From NCBI RefSeq assembly GCF_006345805.1, contig NC_043015.1:2976001-3040000 (forward strand): a DNA stretch of 64,000 nt, written 5' to 3'. Positions 28,243 through 42,589 of the stretch are shown here, one piece after another. Position numbers and translations under genes: made by a program. The notes under the pieces were generated by a model that ran no database searches, was not told the origin of the DNA, and saw only the letters and a list, made by a program, of their open reading frames with translations. Every line of letters begins with the position of its first letter. Positions within the stretch are counted from its first letter, which is position 1. This DNA comes from Octopus sinensis (taxonomy: Eukaryota).

Positions 28243-28622
28243 CTTTCACTCCGTCGGTTACGACGACGAGGGTTCCGGTTGATCCGAATCAACGGAACAG
28301 CCTGCTCGTGAAATTAACGTGTAAGTGGCTGAGCACTCCACAGACACGCGTACCCTTAACGTAGTTCTCGGGGATATTCAGCGTGACACAGAGAGTGACA
28401 AGACCGGCCCTTTGAAATACAGGTACAAGAGAAACAGGAAGTAAGAGTGAGAGAAAGTTTGGTGTGAAAGAGTACAGCAGGGATCACCACCATCCCTGCC
28501 GGAGCCTCGTGGAGCTTTTAGGTGTTTTCGCTCAATAAACATCACAACGCCCGGACTGGGAATCGAACCGCGTTCCTATGACCGCGAGTCCGCTGCCCTA
28601 ACCACTGGGCCATTGCGCCTCC
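28243..28622 (-). mobile_element. SINE family 2, full length
   Basis: Complete tRNA-like head GGAGGCGCAATGGCCCAGTGGTTAGGGCAGCGGACTCGCGGTCATAGGAACGCGGTTCGATTCCC through to the GACGGAGTG end. Confidence 0.9.
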
Positions 28623-28673
28623 ACACATACACACATACACTCACACACACACATATATATATATATATATTAT

Positions 28674-28710
<37 letters not shown>

Positions 28711-29524
28711 GATATATACACATATATATATGTTATATATATATATATATATACGTGTGTATGTAGAACTGTGTGATAGTTTGACGCTGAGTTATCAAGA
28801 TTAAACTCGAATTACGCTGAAAAATAGTGATGGGAATTCACGATATATCCGACATTATCGGACGGAATCATTATTATTTGTGTTCGTAACACCATGCCTT
28901 CATTTATCACGTTAATCTTCTAATTTTCAATTCAAAAGTTAATTTCAATTCAGCCATGATATGCATAAACTAAATTAGTTTTCGTATTATTGAACTGAAA
29001 TTATTGCATCGCAGTTCATTAGGTCAAATTCACTAATGTTTTATCTCGTATCACTATATTGGAAAATGCCGGCATACTTTACGTCGGTGTAGCTGAGCTA
29101 CGACAGAACATCTGTCTAATTTTTCTTCCTTGGTGATACAAAACTCATCAATTCTCTAGATATACTAAGTCTGGAATACAAATCTTCAAAAGTCACATTA
29201 ATCAAATAAATTCTCTTCATATAAATCCAGTTTACCCTAATTCATGGATGCGCCCCTTTGTGTGTCTCGTCTTTATATATCACATTAATCATTACAGTAG
29301 AGGCTTGCCCCTATAATATGAATTTAAAAGAGTATAGACATTTATTAAAGCTGAATACATAATCAAGGGAATATTGATACTGAACGGGTCCCATATGATG
29401 AAATTGTACGTTTACGAGTTTATGATCATCATATATTACAGATATCTCCAGTTTTTAATAACATAAAATCAGAGATGACACAGAGTATTATATTTTCCAG
29501 ATATATCAATATAAATACAGCGCA

Positions 29525-29875
29525 AGGCGGCCAGCTGGAAGAAACCTTACCACGCCGTGTGAAATGTTTAGAGCTATCACGTCTGTCTTTGTGTTCTGAG
29601 TTCAATTTCTGTCGAGGTTCACCTTGCCTTTCATCCTTTCGGGATCGATAAATTACGTACCAGTTGTGTAATCAGATCGATCTAATTGAATGTTCTTCCC
29701 CCGTAAAAAATATGGGGCCTGTGCCATGAGTAGACAAGATTCTTTAGCAAATTCCGCTGAGGTTGACTTTGCTTTCATCCTTTCGTGGTCGATAAATTAA
29801 GTACCACTTACGTACTGGGGTCGATCTAATCGACTGGTCCCTCCCTTAAAATTTAGGGCCTTATGCCTAGAAGAG
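29525..29875 (+). mobile_element. SINE family 3 dimer
   Basis: Head AGGCGGCCAGCTGG, core and tail, followed by a second head-truncated core and tail. Confidence 0.8.
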
Positions 29876-31930
29876 AAATGATATAAATAGAGCACTCAAT
29901 TTTATGATTATTCAATTGTTATGGAGAAATCTACTTCAAGTACCCTCTTTATTATACCAGATATAATATACGTACTTGACGAAATGAACTTCATTTCACG
30001 AGAAATGAATACTATGTTGTCAAAGTTACGTACAGTGCTTCCATATATTGTATACAGTTGTAATACGCAGATTTAGAAACATTCATTTAATAGAAATCAT
30101 GCATGAATTCACCGTTTGCTTCGTGGATGTATGCAGGTCCATCACACTGACCGATTGATTATGATTTTACGTAGTTAGAATATGACATGTATAGCGTTGA
30201 ATATTTCCGACAAGCTTCTTCTTTGCATATGGATGTGTCATTGAGTTTAAGAGCGAACTCACATATAACAACGATTCTCTTACTCGATTTGAAATCCGGA
30301 GTTTCATAAACTCCTCCAAATATCATTTTCTCTTAAATAACTTTAAGTTACTAGCTGTAAATAAATATGATAAATGTATTGAATGAAATTTGATTTTAAC
30401 GAAATAGGGAAATAAAGAGAAACATTGCATTTTCTCATATCACGATGAGAAATCTCATTACTATATAGTGCCATCAACGGTTTACTGCGCGGGTTGCAAT
30501 GGTTATACAGAACGATTTTTGGTTTTCCATTCGATGAAATTAGTTTCATTATTAATACTGGTGAATGTTCAGTATTCTCTATCGGAGCGTCTATATTAAC
30601 AGAATATCTGCGTTTGTGTAGCATTCAGGGAGGTAAATGTAAGTCAATCTGAAATTATATATATACGTGTATGTAGTTATATATTTAACTATACAGCAGA
30701 ATACCTGCCAACTTGAAATGAATTAAGCGTGAAGATCTTTTGCAGACGAAGGATTTTCATTTATTAATGGCTTACCTAATTAATGTATTTTTGTTGTTCT
30801 ATGGAAGACTCCAGAATTATCCTATCATATAATTGGTCTACCAAAATGATTAAGAATAAATATATTCACAGTATTTAAGTGATGAAGCTCTCTGATTGTC
30901 AGAGACGATAATTTAGGAGGGAAAAAATCAATAAAGTGTATATGAAATAAAGCGCACTATCACGAAATAAAGTACATTAAGAAACACACATCCTATTAAA
31001 GCGTAACTGTGTAATAGTGTGTTTGTATGTGTGTATTGCAGTGTTTTCCAGCCAATGTATACATAGGTTAAGATGAGGTATAGTGTACTACGTGTGTTAG
31101 AAACGTACAAATAATCATTTTAATAACCATTCCTATTATCACAAACACAATACAACTACATATATATGCGTGCATCAAAATATATTAATATCTATATTAT
31201 TCTCATTCGGACTATTCACACAAGTAATCATAATTTATTTGCTAATTATTAGAAGAAGAAATTTTACAACGTTTCCAACAGTTATGATAAATAACGTTTG
31301 TTCTGTATTCATGTTATCTGTATATCTAATTATATATACTTAAATATTAATATGTGCACACTCGCCATTACATAGAAAGAAAGACCAGGAGATGAGTCTT
31401 GACGAATCAGCAGTTAATCATGTCCCAAGAAGAGGTAAAGTTTTCATTTCGTTCAGTCACATTACAAATAAAATTTTGGAATTCGATACGACCTGCTTAC
31501 TTTCAGACACTAATAAAACCGCTCAGAAGTTTAGTGTTTCACAATTTCTGTATCGATATGTAAACTATCAGGAAAATAATTCAGGCTTCATTTTTGATGA
31601 GGATGAGGAAGCATCGATCCCATAGAAGCACTATTAATCGACGTTAAACGTTCCTATTTTGTACCTGTAGCATTGAAGTATTATGGGATCGAATAAACAG
31701 CACAGTGGGCAACTGAATCTTGCGAGAGCAAAGAAAGAATCGCGTTACAAACACAGTAAAACATCCCAAAAATTTATGGATAGAACTAAGCTAAATTTGT
31801 AATTTGAGACAATAAAACGGAAAAAAAGGATTACAAATCGAACAAAAGATGTTGTCTCTACCGCATTTACAAATATTTCTCTTATCCAAGATATACCTCA
31901 CATACTTTTTGACTAGCTGATAATATTATG

Positions 31931-32620
31931 TTCTACTCTAGGCGCAAGGCCCAGAAACTTTGAGGAGGGGGCCAGTCGATTAGATCAACCCCATTGCGTA
32001 ACAAGTAATGAATTTATCGACCCCGAAAGGATGAAGTGCAAAATCGTCCACAGCGGAAATTTAACTCAGAACGTAAAGACAGACGAAATATTTATTGCTT
32101 TACTACCCACAAGGGGCTATACACAAAGGGGACCAACAAGAACAGACAAACAGATTAAGTCGATTATATCGACCCCAGGGCGTAACTGGCACTTATTTAA
32201 TCGACCCCGAAAGGATGAAAGGCAAAGTTGACCTCGGTGTAACTTGAACTCAGAACGTAGCAGCAGACGAAATACCGCTAAGCATTTGGACCGGCGTGCT
32301 AACGTTTCTTACTTATTTATTGCCCACAAAGGGTTAAACATAGAGAGGACAATCAAGGACAGACAAACGGATTAAGTCGATTATATTGACCCCAGTGCGC
32401 AACTGGTACTTATTTTATCGACGCCAAAATGGTGGAAGGCAAAGTTGACCTCGGCGTAATTTAAACTCAGAACGTAGCGACAGACGAAATACATATTTCT
32501 TTACTACCCACAAGGGGCTAAACACAGAGAGAACAAACAAGGACAGACAAAAAGATTAAGTCGATTATACCGACTCCAGTACGTAACTACCACTTATTTA
32601 ATCGACCCCGAAACGATGAA
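31931..32620 (-). mobile_element. SINE family 3 tandem array (4 units)
   Basis: Four repeats of ATCGACCCCGAAAGGATGAAAGGCAAAGT-type cores, with the same spacer and junction as 13931-14657. Confidence 0.85.
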
Positions 32621-33770
32621 AGAGCAAAGCAAGCGTCTGAAACATTTTTGATTCGAGCATATAAAATCGAAGTGAATATTCACTTAACATAAATATACTT
32701 TGGACCATTATATTATAATACTAATTGCCTTGAACAAAAATATAATACATGGAATTCTAATATGATATTTTAATAAATATTTACCTTGATTATTCTTGTT
32801 ACTAACATAGTATCAGTATATAATTAAGCCTATAGCTCAAAATGGTGACGTGCGTTCAGATTCGGAATCAGCGTACTCGACTTAGTTTAATAGACTACCG
32901 GTTGTCTTGGTAGCAGACAATTTTTTTGCTTGGCCTAGTATTATCAGTTTCAAATATTTGCGTGCCATCTACATTTGCAATGCTAGTTTACGAGAAATTT
33001 ACAAATGAAAGACGATAAAATATTTCCGCTTTTAGACATCGGAGAAGCACTTCATTAGACTTGCATAAAATGTCTGCTATTATACTGTGCCTCCTTCACA
33101 TCGTGTTGATAGGGAAATATCGGGAGTGAAAAAAAAAAGGAAAAATTTATGTGTGCGGATGTAGGATGAATATATGTGTAGATATTATGTTGGTGTGACA
33201 AGAAATCAAGTGTTGGACACGTATAATGATATTTATATATATTTATTCCATGGCATTGTTTATGCCTTTCTATTGGACAGAGCCAATTGTACGATTTAAC
33301 AAGTGAGATTGATTAAGATACAGAATTCCCCAAACTTACTACAAGATGGATTTGTTATCACTCATTCTAAAACTTAGGTACCTTAAGGAAAGTGACTTAG
33401 GCTTTTGCACAATAACACAAGATCGGTTTCGTTTGTGAAACTGAATTACTGCCCTATGATAGAAGTTCAAACATGTTTTACATGAATTCATGCGTATATT
33501 AGCATAGGCTGGTGAGTATTGGAAATCCAGACGTAATATAGAATTTGGAGTAAAATATATTATTGCAGAAATTTCGTGTAACAAAACATCTGAATTTTAA
33601 GTTTCAGAATTCAAAATTAAAATAATCACAGACATGCATACAATTAGACGACGCTGTCGTAAATAAACATAGTATCTGAATTCATGAATGTATGTGTGAA
33701 TGAATATATGTCTGTGCATGTGTGTATATGTGTATGTATATATGTATGTGTATATGTATATAAATATATG

Positions 33771-33912
33771 TGTTAAGTAGCTTGTTTACCAACCACATGG
33801 TTCCGGGTTGAGTCCCACTGCGTGGCACCTTGGACAAGGGTCTTCTACTATACCTCGGCTGACCAAAACCTTGTCAGTGGATTTAGTAGACGGAAACTGA
33901 AAGAACCCCGTC

Positions 33913-33950
<38 letters not shown>

Positions 33951-34166
33951 TATATATATGCGTGTGTGTGTTTGTGTGTCTGTGTTTGTCCCCCTATCAT
34001 TGCTTGTCAACCGATGCCGGTGTGTTTATGTCCCCGTTATTTAGTGGTTCGGCAAAAGAGACCGATAGAATAAGTACTGGGCTTACAAAGAATAAGTCCC
34101 GGGGTCGAGTTGCTCGATTAAAGGCGGTGCTCAAATGACTGAAACAAGTAAAAGAGTAAAAGAGTA
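33771..34166 (+). mobile_element. SINE family 1, full length
   Basis: Head, internal (TA)(TG) tract and (AAAAGAGT)n tail; a short deletion removes the CAGCATGGCC part of the tail. Confidence 0.88.
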
Positions 34167-35833
34167 TATATGTGTGTGTGTATGTGTTTGTGTGTATTTA
34201 TATATATGTATGTGTGTGTATATATATATATATATATATGTATACATTTTATTTTTGTATATATATTTGTATGTATTTATGTGTACCTTATAGAAAATTA
34301 TGTGCTCATGCAAGTGTGAAGTTTTTGCTGTTTTATCCTGCTTTTGTGTTGTCGCATTGATGTGCATTAATTCTTGTGTTCATTATCGCACACATCTTCG
34401 TAAATAATGAAATTCATTTGCATTCCCGTATCGGTCAGTCAAACCCACCCTCATTTATATTTAATTTAATATCGTACAGAGATTTCATACAACAATCAAA
34501 CATTCGTGCCACTGAAAATTGAAGTGTTTGTGTTTCTCCTACTCCCTCTTTTTTGCACAGGGTAATTTTGTCTTCTCCTGACACTTCTCGTAAGTTAAGG
34601 TTTTTTACTTTTCGTAAAGTTGGAAGAATTCGTTCATTTTCTTATGAATGTATTTTTAGATTTTGCAATGGTAATCAAATTATCACTGAACGTGTTGGTA
34701 CGTGCATGGAAGCACAAACTAATTGAATTGTCAATTCTTGCAGAAAATCAGATTCATGCATTACATTCCTAAATCTGTTATGAGATGAAAATATAATTTA
34801 CTACACCATTCCAATCATATGATTCTGAATATATTTAATTTTTTATTCACTTATTGCGGTTTTACATTTTTTTCTACGCTTATTTTACTAAATTTCTTCC
34901 TTTAAACAATTATGCCTTAATAATAATGTTGTCATGTAGTGTGGACGATTAACATTTTGTACTGAAAGTCCAACGAATTCGGAAACTCGGATTATTGTAA
35001 ACATTGCCCTCATTCTTATAAAATATTTTCTGACATTAATATAAGTTTAAATAAATCATATTCCATATTGACTATTTCTTGAATACGTAAGTATGTAAAA
35101 TTCCTAATTATCAAAGAAGTATTCAACCGATCTTATAGCTAACCAATTTGCGATCGATGCTGATTTACATCTCAGATGACTGCAAATGATTAATGGGAGT
35201 AAAAGTACATAATTATATTGAATTACTTTAGTTGTGAATGCGCGTATTCATGATATTGTGGGTTTTGAAAATTAGGGATACTCTGATAAAAGTAATAAAA
35301 TTAATTTTTAATGGCGACATAATTATAATATGTGTAAGAATTGAGATTTAATTATCTAAAAATATCTGTCTAATGAAATATCTTACAATAAATACGCTGG
35401 AATTGTTACAAAACATAAAATCACGTAATATATTACTCTATTAATCGAAATAAACTTGATTGCTCAAATAAGCTATTGATTCTATACCAAAAGATCTCCG
35501 CCCACTGAAAGTAAAAAGTGCATAAAACACATGTGTTTTTTTTTTATATTCACGTGTCTATTAAAAGGCACACCATACTAAGTATTGTGAAAAAGAAGGC
35601 AATTTCGATGCATATACACAATATATATATATATATATATTTTAGAAGGTTTGGAGATGATGTACAGGTATTTTATATTAGAAGAAATGAGTTACTCAGA
35701 AATTCGGATGATTTTATATTTACAGATTTTTATGTGTGTATTACATGTTTTTATACATCATATAACATATATCATATATCATATATAACGCTTTCGTCAT
35801 TCTACTGGAGTTTTCACACACTCACACACACAC

Positions 35834-35878
<45 letters not shown>

Positions 35879-35908
35879 GATATATATATATATATAATAT
35901 ATATATAT

Positions 35909-35941
<33 letters not shown>

Positions 35942-37053
35942 GTGTGTTTGTGTCTGTGTGTGTGTGTGTGCGGTAATAAATCGTATGCTATACAGCTGGT
36001 AGTTTACGGTTGAGCACGTTCACCAGCTCAGTGCTCGTTGGCTAACTGACTAATAATTTAGGCGGTTGATAGGAGATACGAGCACATTTATTAATCACTG
36101 CAAACGTTTACACCTATGAAGATTCGACCACTCGCGGGTCCGATACTAACATGTGGTTTAGGTGTATTGCTCTGTGTGGATATGTCTGCTCGGGTGATTT
36201 GAAGTGGTATCTTGTTAAAATAAACCCTGTTTACGAATATTACTTTCTCGTCATCCTGTATAGAAATGGCAACACGAGTCATACGGCTTTATTCTTGTAG
36301 AGTAGAAGGATCATAACAAATATCAGATAGAGAAAGAAACACATACACAATACAGGAAAACTGAATTAGATATATATCTTAGTAAATATGGATGTACATA
36401 CGCCCAAACGCACGTGGTCTGGCGCAGGCACACTTGCTTATACAAATGCTCAGGCACTTAGTGGCCAGAAACATACGCTTGTTTTGCACACATATACTCG
36501 AACAGCGAATTAAGTAGATAATAATAAAGTTGATATAAATTACAAATTTGGTGAGGAGTCAAAAATTCCGCTATCTGGATCACTGTGTTTGGTTGGTATA
36601 CTTATAGCAATTGTACAGCCATAGATATGGGCATAAATATTGACATAGTAAATTTGTATGTTTTGAATAACTAATGAAGCAACCAATAGCCTGTAGAAAG
36701 CTTTCATGCCACGGTTAAGAAAACCTGTCAAGATAGGCGAAGCATTTGCGCTTCCATCTGAGGTTGATCGCACGTTGAGCGATAATTATTGAGCGACTGA
36801 AATTGTTAGTTTCCTCTGTTTAAATAGCATACTATGACCACGGGTTATTCCATTGTTGTTCATGAATAATGTGGCATTGTGTTCATAATCATGCACACTA
36901 TATATATATACCGTTACATCTAACAGGTCGGTGTCCACCAATGAGGATGTTCACAAACGGCCTCGCAGTTCTGCCGTCGCCGAAAGACGTTTGAGATCCG
37001 CTCCACTGTATATATATATATATAAGATATATATAGATATATATATATATAAT

Positions 37054-37084
<31 letters not shown>

Positions 37085-38689
37085 GATATATATATATATA
37101 GATATATTATATATATATGTATATATATATGTTATTTACATATACATATATACACATAGAAATGTATATGTATTTATATATATATATATGTATATATATG
37201 AATGTATGTATTTGTTGTGATATGATTATTAGACAAGAAAATATATGCCGTTAAAAGAAATGAAGTATAGGCGCGGCTACTGCAAACGATATTCATAATT
37301 CTTGTTTACTGAAGAATATTTGAAGTATGTTTTGCAAATCTAGTAATGACATTGCACTTATTTATTTCCCTGCGATATCATATACGTAATGCAAAACGAA
37401 GGAACGGCTACGACACGAATACAAACATAATTCAAAATCATTGAAACATTTATGAATACAGTGAAAACAATAGAATGGGCGACGAAGTCGAAAGAAAAAT
37501 GTATAAACCAAAATAAGGTATCTATTACATAGGGGGATTCGTCAGCATTTAATTAGTGTAATATGTTATTTTCATGTTGTGTCACAGTAAATTAATAAAC
37601 GAAACGATTGTAATTAAATGGAAATAAAGATGGAACATGAGATATAAATGAGAAAATAGACATAGCATACAGAAATATATATATATGTATATGTATATAT
37701 ATATGTATGTATGTATGTATGCATGTATGTATATATATACGCATAATGTTGAAATGAATTATATCCCAAAATTCCAGAGCAGTGGAAGGGAATAAATTAA
37801 TAAAGATTGAATTGAAAAGTATGGCGGAGATGAAAGACACTCAAAACAATATACACAGCACATAATTAACGAAATGGATATATGATTTTTTTTTTTTTGT
37901 ATTTATTTCCATTTCTATTCAAACACAATATTGATATTTTTGCGAAATTTTAATTCAATTATAGACTGAAAATGTAATTATCAGTATCGAAATATGAATA
38001 CTGTTTGAATTTTTACTGCAAGCATCTAGTATTGTCAGAGAGTACCTCATGACCAAAGTAGATATTTAAAAAACATATATACGTATTTTTTTTTAATGTG
38101 CGTCTGTAAGAAATATACACATGTTCCTAAATTTCATTTGCTATTATTTTTATTCATATATATGTACGTGTATGTGCGTGTCTATGTGTGTCCATACATA
38201 TATTTCTCGCGCTCGTAAAATTATATGTATAAGCATCATCATCTAAGTATGTGGATGTACGTATGTTTGTAGGCATTGGCGGTTAACTTTAACGTTGTGC
38301 TTCGTAGAAAAGGTCAGTAAGTTTATTGATTTTCTGTACGATGCAGACAGTGTACAAACATATGAAATCCGAAGGAAAGAAATAAGTTTAGTATCGTATA
38401 TACAATAAATATAAGAAACGAAAAAAACATCAAATGATATATATTTCGTGAAGACTTCGTGTAGGAAAATTAAGAAAGTTTGGAGGAAAAGTGAGTGATA
38501 GAGAAAAATCTTGCAAAATAGGTATGAAATAAAAATAAGACTACATATGTCAATGTATATATATATATATATATATATATTACTATGCATTGACATATGT
38601 AGGATTTTATTGATAACTATTCCCTATTTTACACAGAGACAAACATACGCACACATATATGTATATCTATAAACATATATAAACATATA

Positions 38690-38739
<50 letters not shown>

Positions 38740-38740
38740 T

Positions 38741-38800
38741 ATCCTTATCCTTAAAAATGTTTTAGCCCGAAGGCCGCGGCCATGCTGGGGCATACCGCTG
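38741..38800 (-). mobile_element. Retroelement 3'-tail stub in (TA)n
   Basis: Minus strand CAGCGGTATGCCCCAGCATGGCCGCGGCCTTCGGGCTAAAACATTTTTAAGGATAAGGAT, flanked by TA repeats on both sides. Confidence 0.75.
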
Positions 38801-38917
38801 ATATATTATATATATTATATATATATATGTATGTATTTATATATATATATATATATATATGTATAAGTATATGAAAGAATGGAGTTGAACGACTTGTTAA
38901 CAAATTTCTTATATATA

Positions 38918-38993
<76 letters not shown>

Positions 38994-39001
38994 ATATATA
39001 T

Positions 39002-39116
39002 AATCAACATAAGCAACAAGGATATCCAGAGATAATGCAGTACGGTCGTTTCATGCCAGTCGCATGAAACAATCGCACTGAATTACCTCTGGATATCTGT
39101 GTTGCTTATTTTGATT
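39002..39116. repeat. Short fold-back inverted repeat
   Basis: AATCAACATAAGCAAC...GTTTCATG / CATGAAAC...GTTGCTTATTTTGATT. Confidence 0.85.
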
Positions 39117-39222
39117 CTAATCACCTCATTTTAAATTATATGTGCAATACCATATTCTACTTACCATATCCATCTGAAACTATATCTATATCTATCTGTC
39201 TATCTATCTATTTATCTATGTA

Positions 39223-39254
<32 letters not shown>

Positions 39255-39460
39255 TCTCTCTAGATATATATATATATATATATATATGCAGAGAGCGAGT
39301 GGGGGTGAGAGAGACTGGGGTGAGAGAGAGAGGGGAGAGAGAGAGGGGAGAGGGAGAGAAAGACAGACAGACGGACAGAGAAAGTGTAAATCTCCCAAAA
39401 AGATGAAGAAGCACGTTAAAAAACAAGCCGAGGACTTGGTATATGTAAAGTATAAGCAGC

Positions 39461-39681
39461 GAAGGAAAGAAATGGTTTAACGTTTCGAGCAACTTTCTTC
39501 TTCAGAATAAGAGGGAAGTCCAGTAGAAAGGAAGACGGAGGAAAGACGCCAACGATTCTCATACACACACGCACACACACACATGCACACGCACAGACAC
39601 ACACACACACATATACATGCATATATATATATGTATATATATGTATATATATATATATATATTATATATATGTAAGCATAG

Positions 39682-39721
<40 letters not shown>

Positions 39722-39930
39722 ATGTGACCGCGTGTGTACCGTTGGAGATTTCTTTTCCTCCGTCTTCCCTTCTCTGGATCTTTTCTTTTTCCTATGTTTC
39801 TGACGAAGAGCTCTGCTCGAAACGTAAAACCCCCTTCTTCCCTTCCTTCATGTGTGTCCAATAATTACATTTCTTCCACGCCTCGTGTTGTTCTGTTTTC
39901 TCTTTGTGCTTTCATGTTTGAATTAACTTT
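39461..39930. mobile_element. Divergent pair of PLE-type terminal repeats around a microsatellite
   Basis: 39461-39558 (minus) and 39735-39930 (plus) are homologous (CCTCCGTCTTCC...CTGANGAAGA...GCTCGAAACGT). Confidence 0.7.
39796..39830 (+). ncRNA. Minimal type I hammerhead ribozyme motif
   Basis: GTTT-CTGACGA-A-GAGC(TCT)GCTC-GAAAC-GTA-AAAC: stem I 4 bp, stem II 4 bp, palindromic ACGT stem III, GUA cleavage triplet ending at 39826. Confidence 0.7.
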
Positions 39931-39949
39931 ATATATATATAATATATAT

Positions 39950-40013
<64 letters not shown>

Positions 40014-41139
40014 CTATATATGTATGTATACATATATATATATATATGTATAGATATGTATGTATACATACATATATATATATATATGTGTAATATATAT
40101 ATATATATATATATATGTGTGTATGTGTGTGCGTGTATAAATATTCCCTTGTTTGTATTTTTATGTATATATATATGTATATCACACACATGTACACAGA
40201 CGTACACAAATATAATCTGACACCATAATTACCTTTCTTAATAGAGCAAGTTACTCATTGAATGTCAGTATGCTGCAGACCTCTTGCCTTTTGCAGAAAT
40301 GAATTATTGTTTGTGAAAAAAAAAATGAAATATTGACGTTTTCTTTGTTACGTTAGAATGTATTTATCTTGATGAAATTTGAATAGACTTTGATTTGTGA
40401 TTTTTCTGTTAGATGTAGGCATATCTACTTAAATAAAAAAGCATGGCCTCTGTCGAAAGATGGAGATATACTGCAAATTATGTGTTGAATCGGTTAAATA
40501 TTTAGACTACCGTTTCCTTTGAAAATAAGTTTGACATTCTTCGATAATTTGTTATTTCTATCGTCATAATCTATAAATCTGGCGTGATAAGTTTAAAACA
40601 CCATAACCTCAAAATGGCCTTTGAATATAGTGTGCCAGATGACAATTATTTGATATGCTAGTTACGCTAACAAAAATTCAAACAGTACCCTGAAGTTTCA
40701 TGCTTAGCAATTTGCACTATGTTTTTATCAATTTCCTTATATTGAATTGCACAAACAAATATAGTGAATTACCAAAGTGGTGAGATCTGATTTGTGACGC
40801 TTAAATTTGCTGTGTGTGCATCGACAAAACGAATTTGTGAAAGTGATATTCCCGATAATGCGTTGATATGTGTCTAGACACGATATATATCGGTAAGAAC
40901 TGAAGTAATTGTAGCAAGGCATATTTTCCACAACTATATAATATACAATACTTGCTATATTTCACGAACGTCATAATAAGCCTCGTCATTATCAACATCA
41001 TCAACGTTGCCATTCAGCGGGTGCAACGCCAAAATAATACATTAACAATAATTCATATATATACGTGTGTGTATGTATGTATGTATGTATGCATATATAT
41101 GTTAAAAATATATATACATACATATTATATATATGTATA

Positions 41140-41186
<47 letters not shown>

Positions 41187-42589
41187 TATATATATATAAT
41201 ATATATATATATATGCGAACGTGTGTGTGCGTGCGTATTTGTGTGCGTGCCTATGTGTGTGCGTGCGTAATTTATTTATGGATGCATTTATGTATAGGTG
41301 GATTGATACAAAAATAGATGCATTGACGTTCCTTTCTACTGCCGTTATAATTAAAGCAATTTTATATGAATCTTAGAGATTACACCATAATTTAGTGGTA
41401 TGGAAGTTTATTACTTTTTGGCAAGACGAACTATGACTTTAAATCTGTGTCCTAAAAGCCGTCACCTCACTGTTCGAATGTGGCATTGCTGGTGGAAAAT
41501 TCGAATTTATGATTTTTAAACAAGAATATTATTGACAATGAATTCATATATCGAACAGTGAGAATAACCGTTCAACGGTGCAATGATGGGTGAATATTCG
41601 TTATTTCTGAAATGAAAAGGCAATACTGTCTACATGTACAAATATCATCGCAATTGTGCAAGCGTACCACATGGACGTGATGGCACTCGTCTCTAATTTG
41701 CATGAGAATACACGAGACGTACATAACAATAACATAATACATGAGAATTATATAACACTAACAGCACTTTTAGCGTTCCTAAATAGCAGACGAAAATTAT
41801 ACACAAATAAAGAATCCAAAACAAATCCTGGAAAATATAAAGTGAAAATATCGCTGAAGAAATTCCAGACCATAAGACTGAAAATATACCCAGGAGAATG
41901 TAAGGTAATGCATAGTTCTGCAATAAACGTATATAAAATCCGAGATCTGAGGAGAGTTGCAGTTTCTTATTTACAAAGATCCATAATACTAAAGATAGAG
42001 ACAAAATTGAATGTGACCTCATAAAATAATTTGAAAATGTTACATTGAGCCATATATGTAAAAGCTTCAAATTGGATATATTTAATAAACATTTAAAAAC
42101 ATATCTCAACAGACATAAGGAGATAAATCTTAAGATGCGCTCGACAATCGCACACAGAAAACTGCACAGAGATAACATTACTAGAATATATAGGCAATCT
42201 AAGAAAGTTATAATTTAATCCATGATGATGCAAAATATACATTGATACAAAACAAAATATCGAAGATCGCGTAGTGCGTCACATCTAAACCTGAAGGAGC
42301 ACATACAATTTCACAGTCGTTCATAGATGTAGGTTGGTATATCCCATAAAAAGCAAAGTAGGCATCATAAACAAACCTATATTACTTTGTATTATTGCTT
42401 CTGACGCTAGCCTACTTAGAACCCATTATTGCCACCTAAAACCTAATGGAATGGATATGTAGCAGCGTAACCATTCGATGTTCAAAGAAATTTGTAGATA
42501 GACCTAAACGAAATTTCATCCAGCTCGACTTTGTAGAGTTTTATCTTTAGATCTTGAAAAGCCTGCCTATATAACTCGAGTTAAATAAA

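Noticed and set aside
36091-36282. Minus-strand exon candidate DDEKVIFVNRVYFNK...
   Set aside because: The acceptor is plausible, but the ORF is short with no homology or partner exon I can support.
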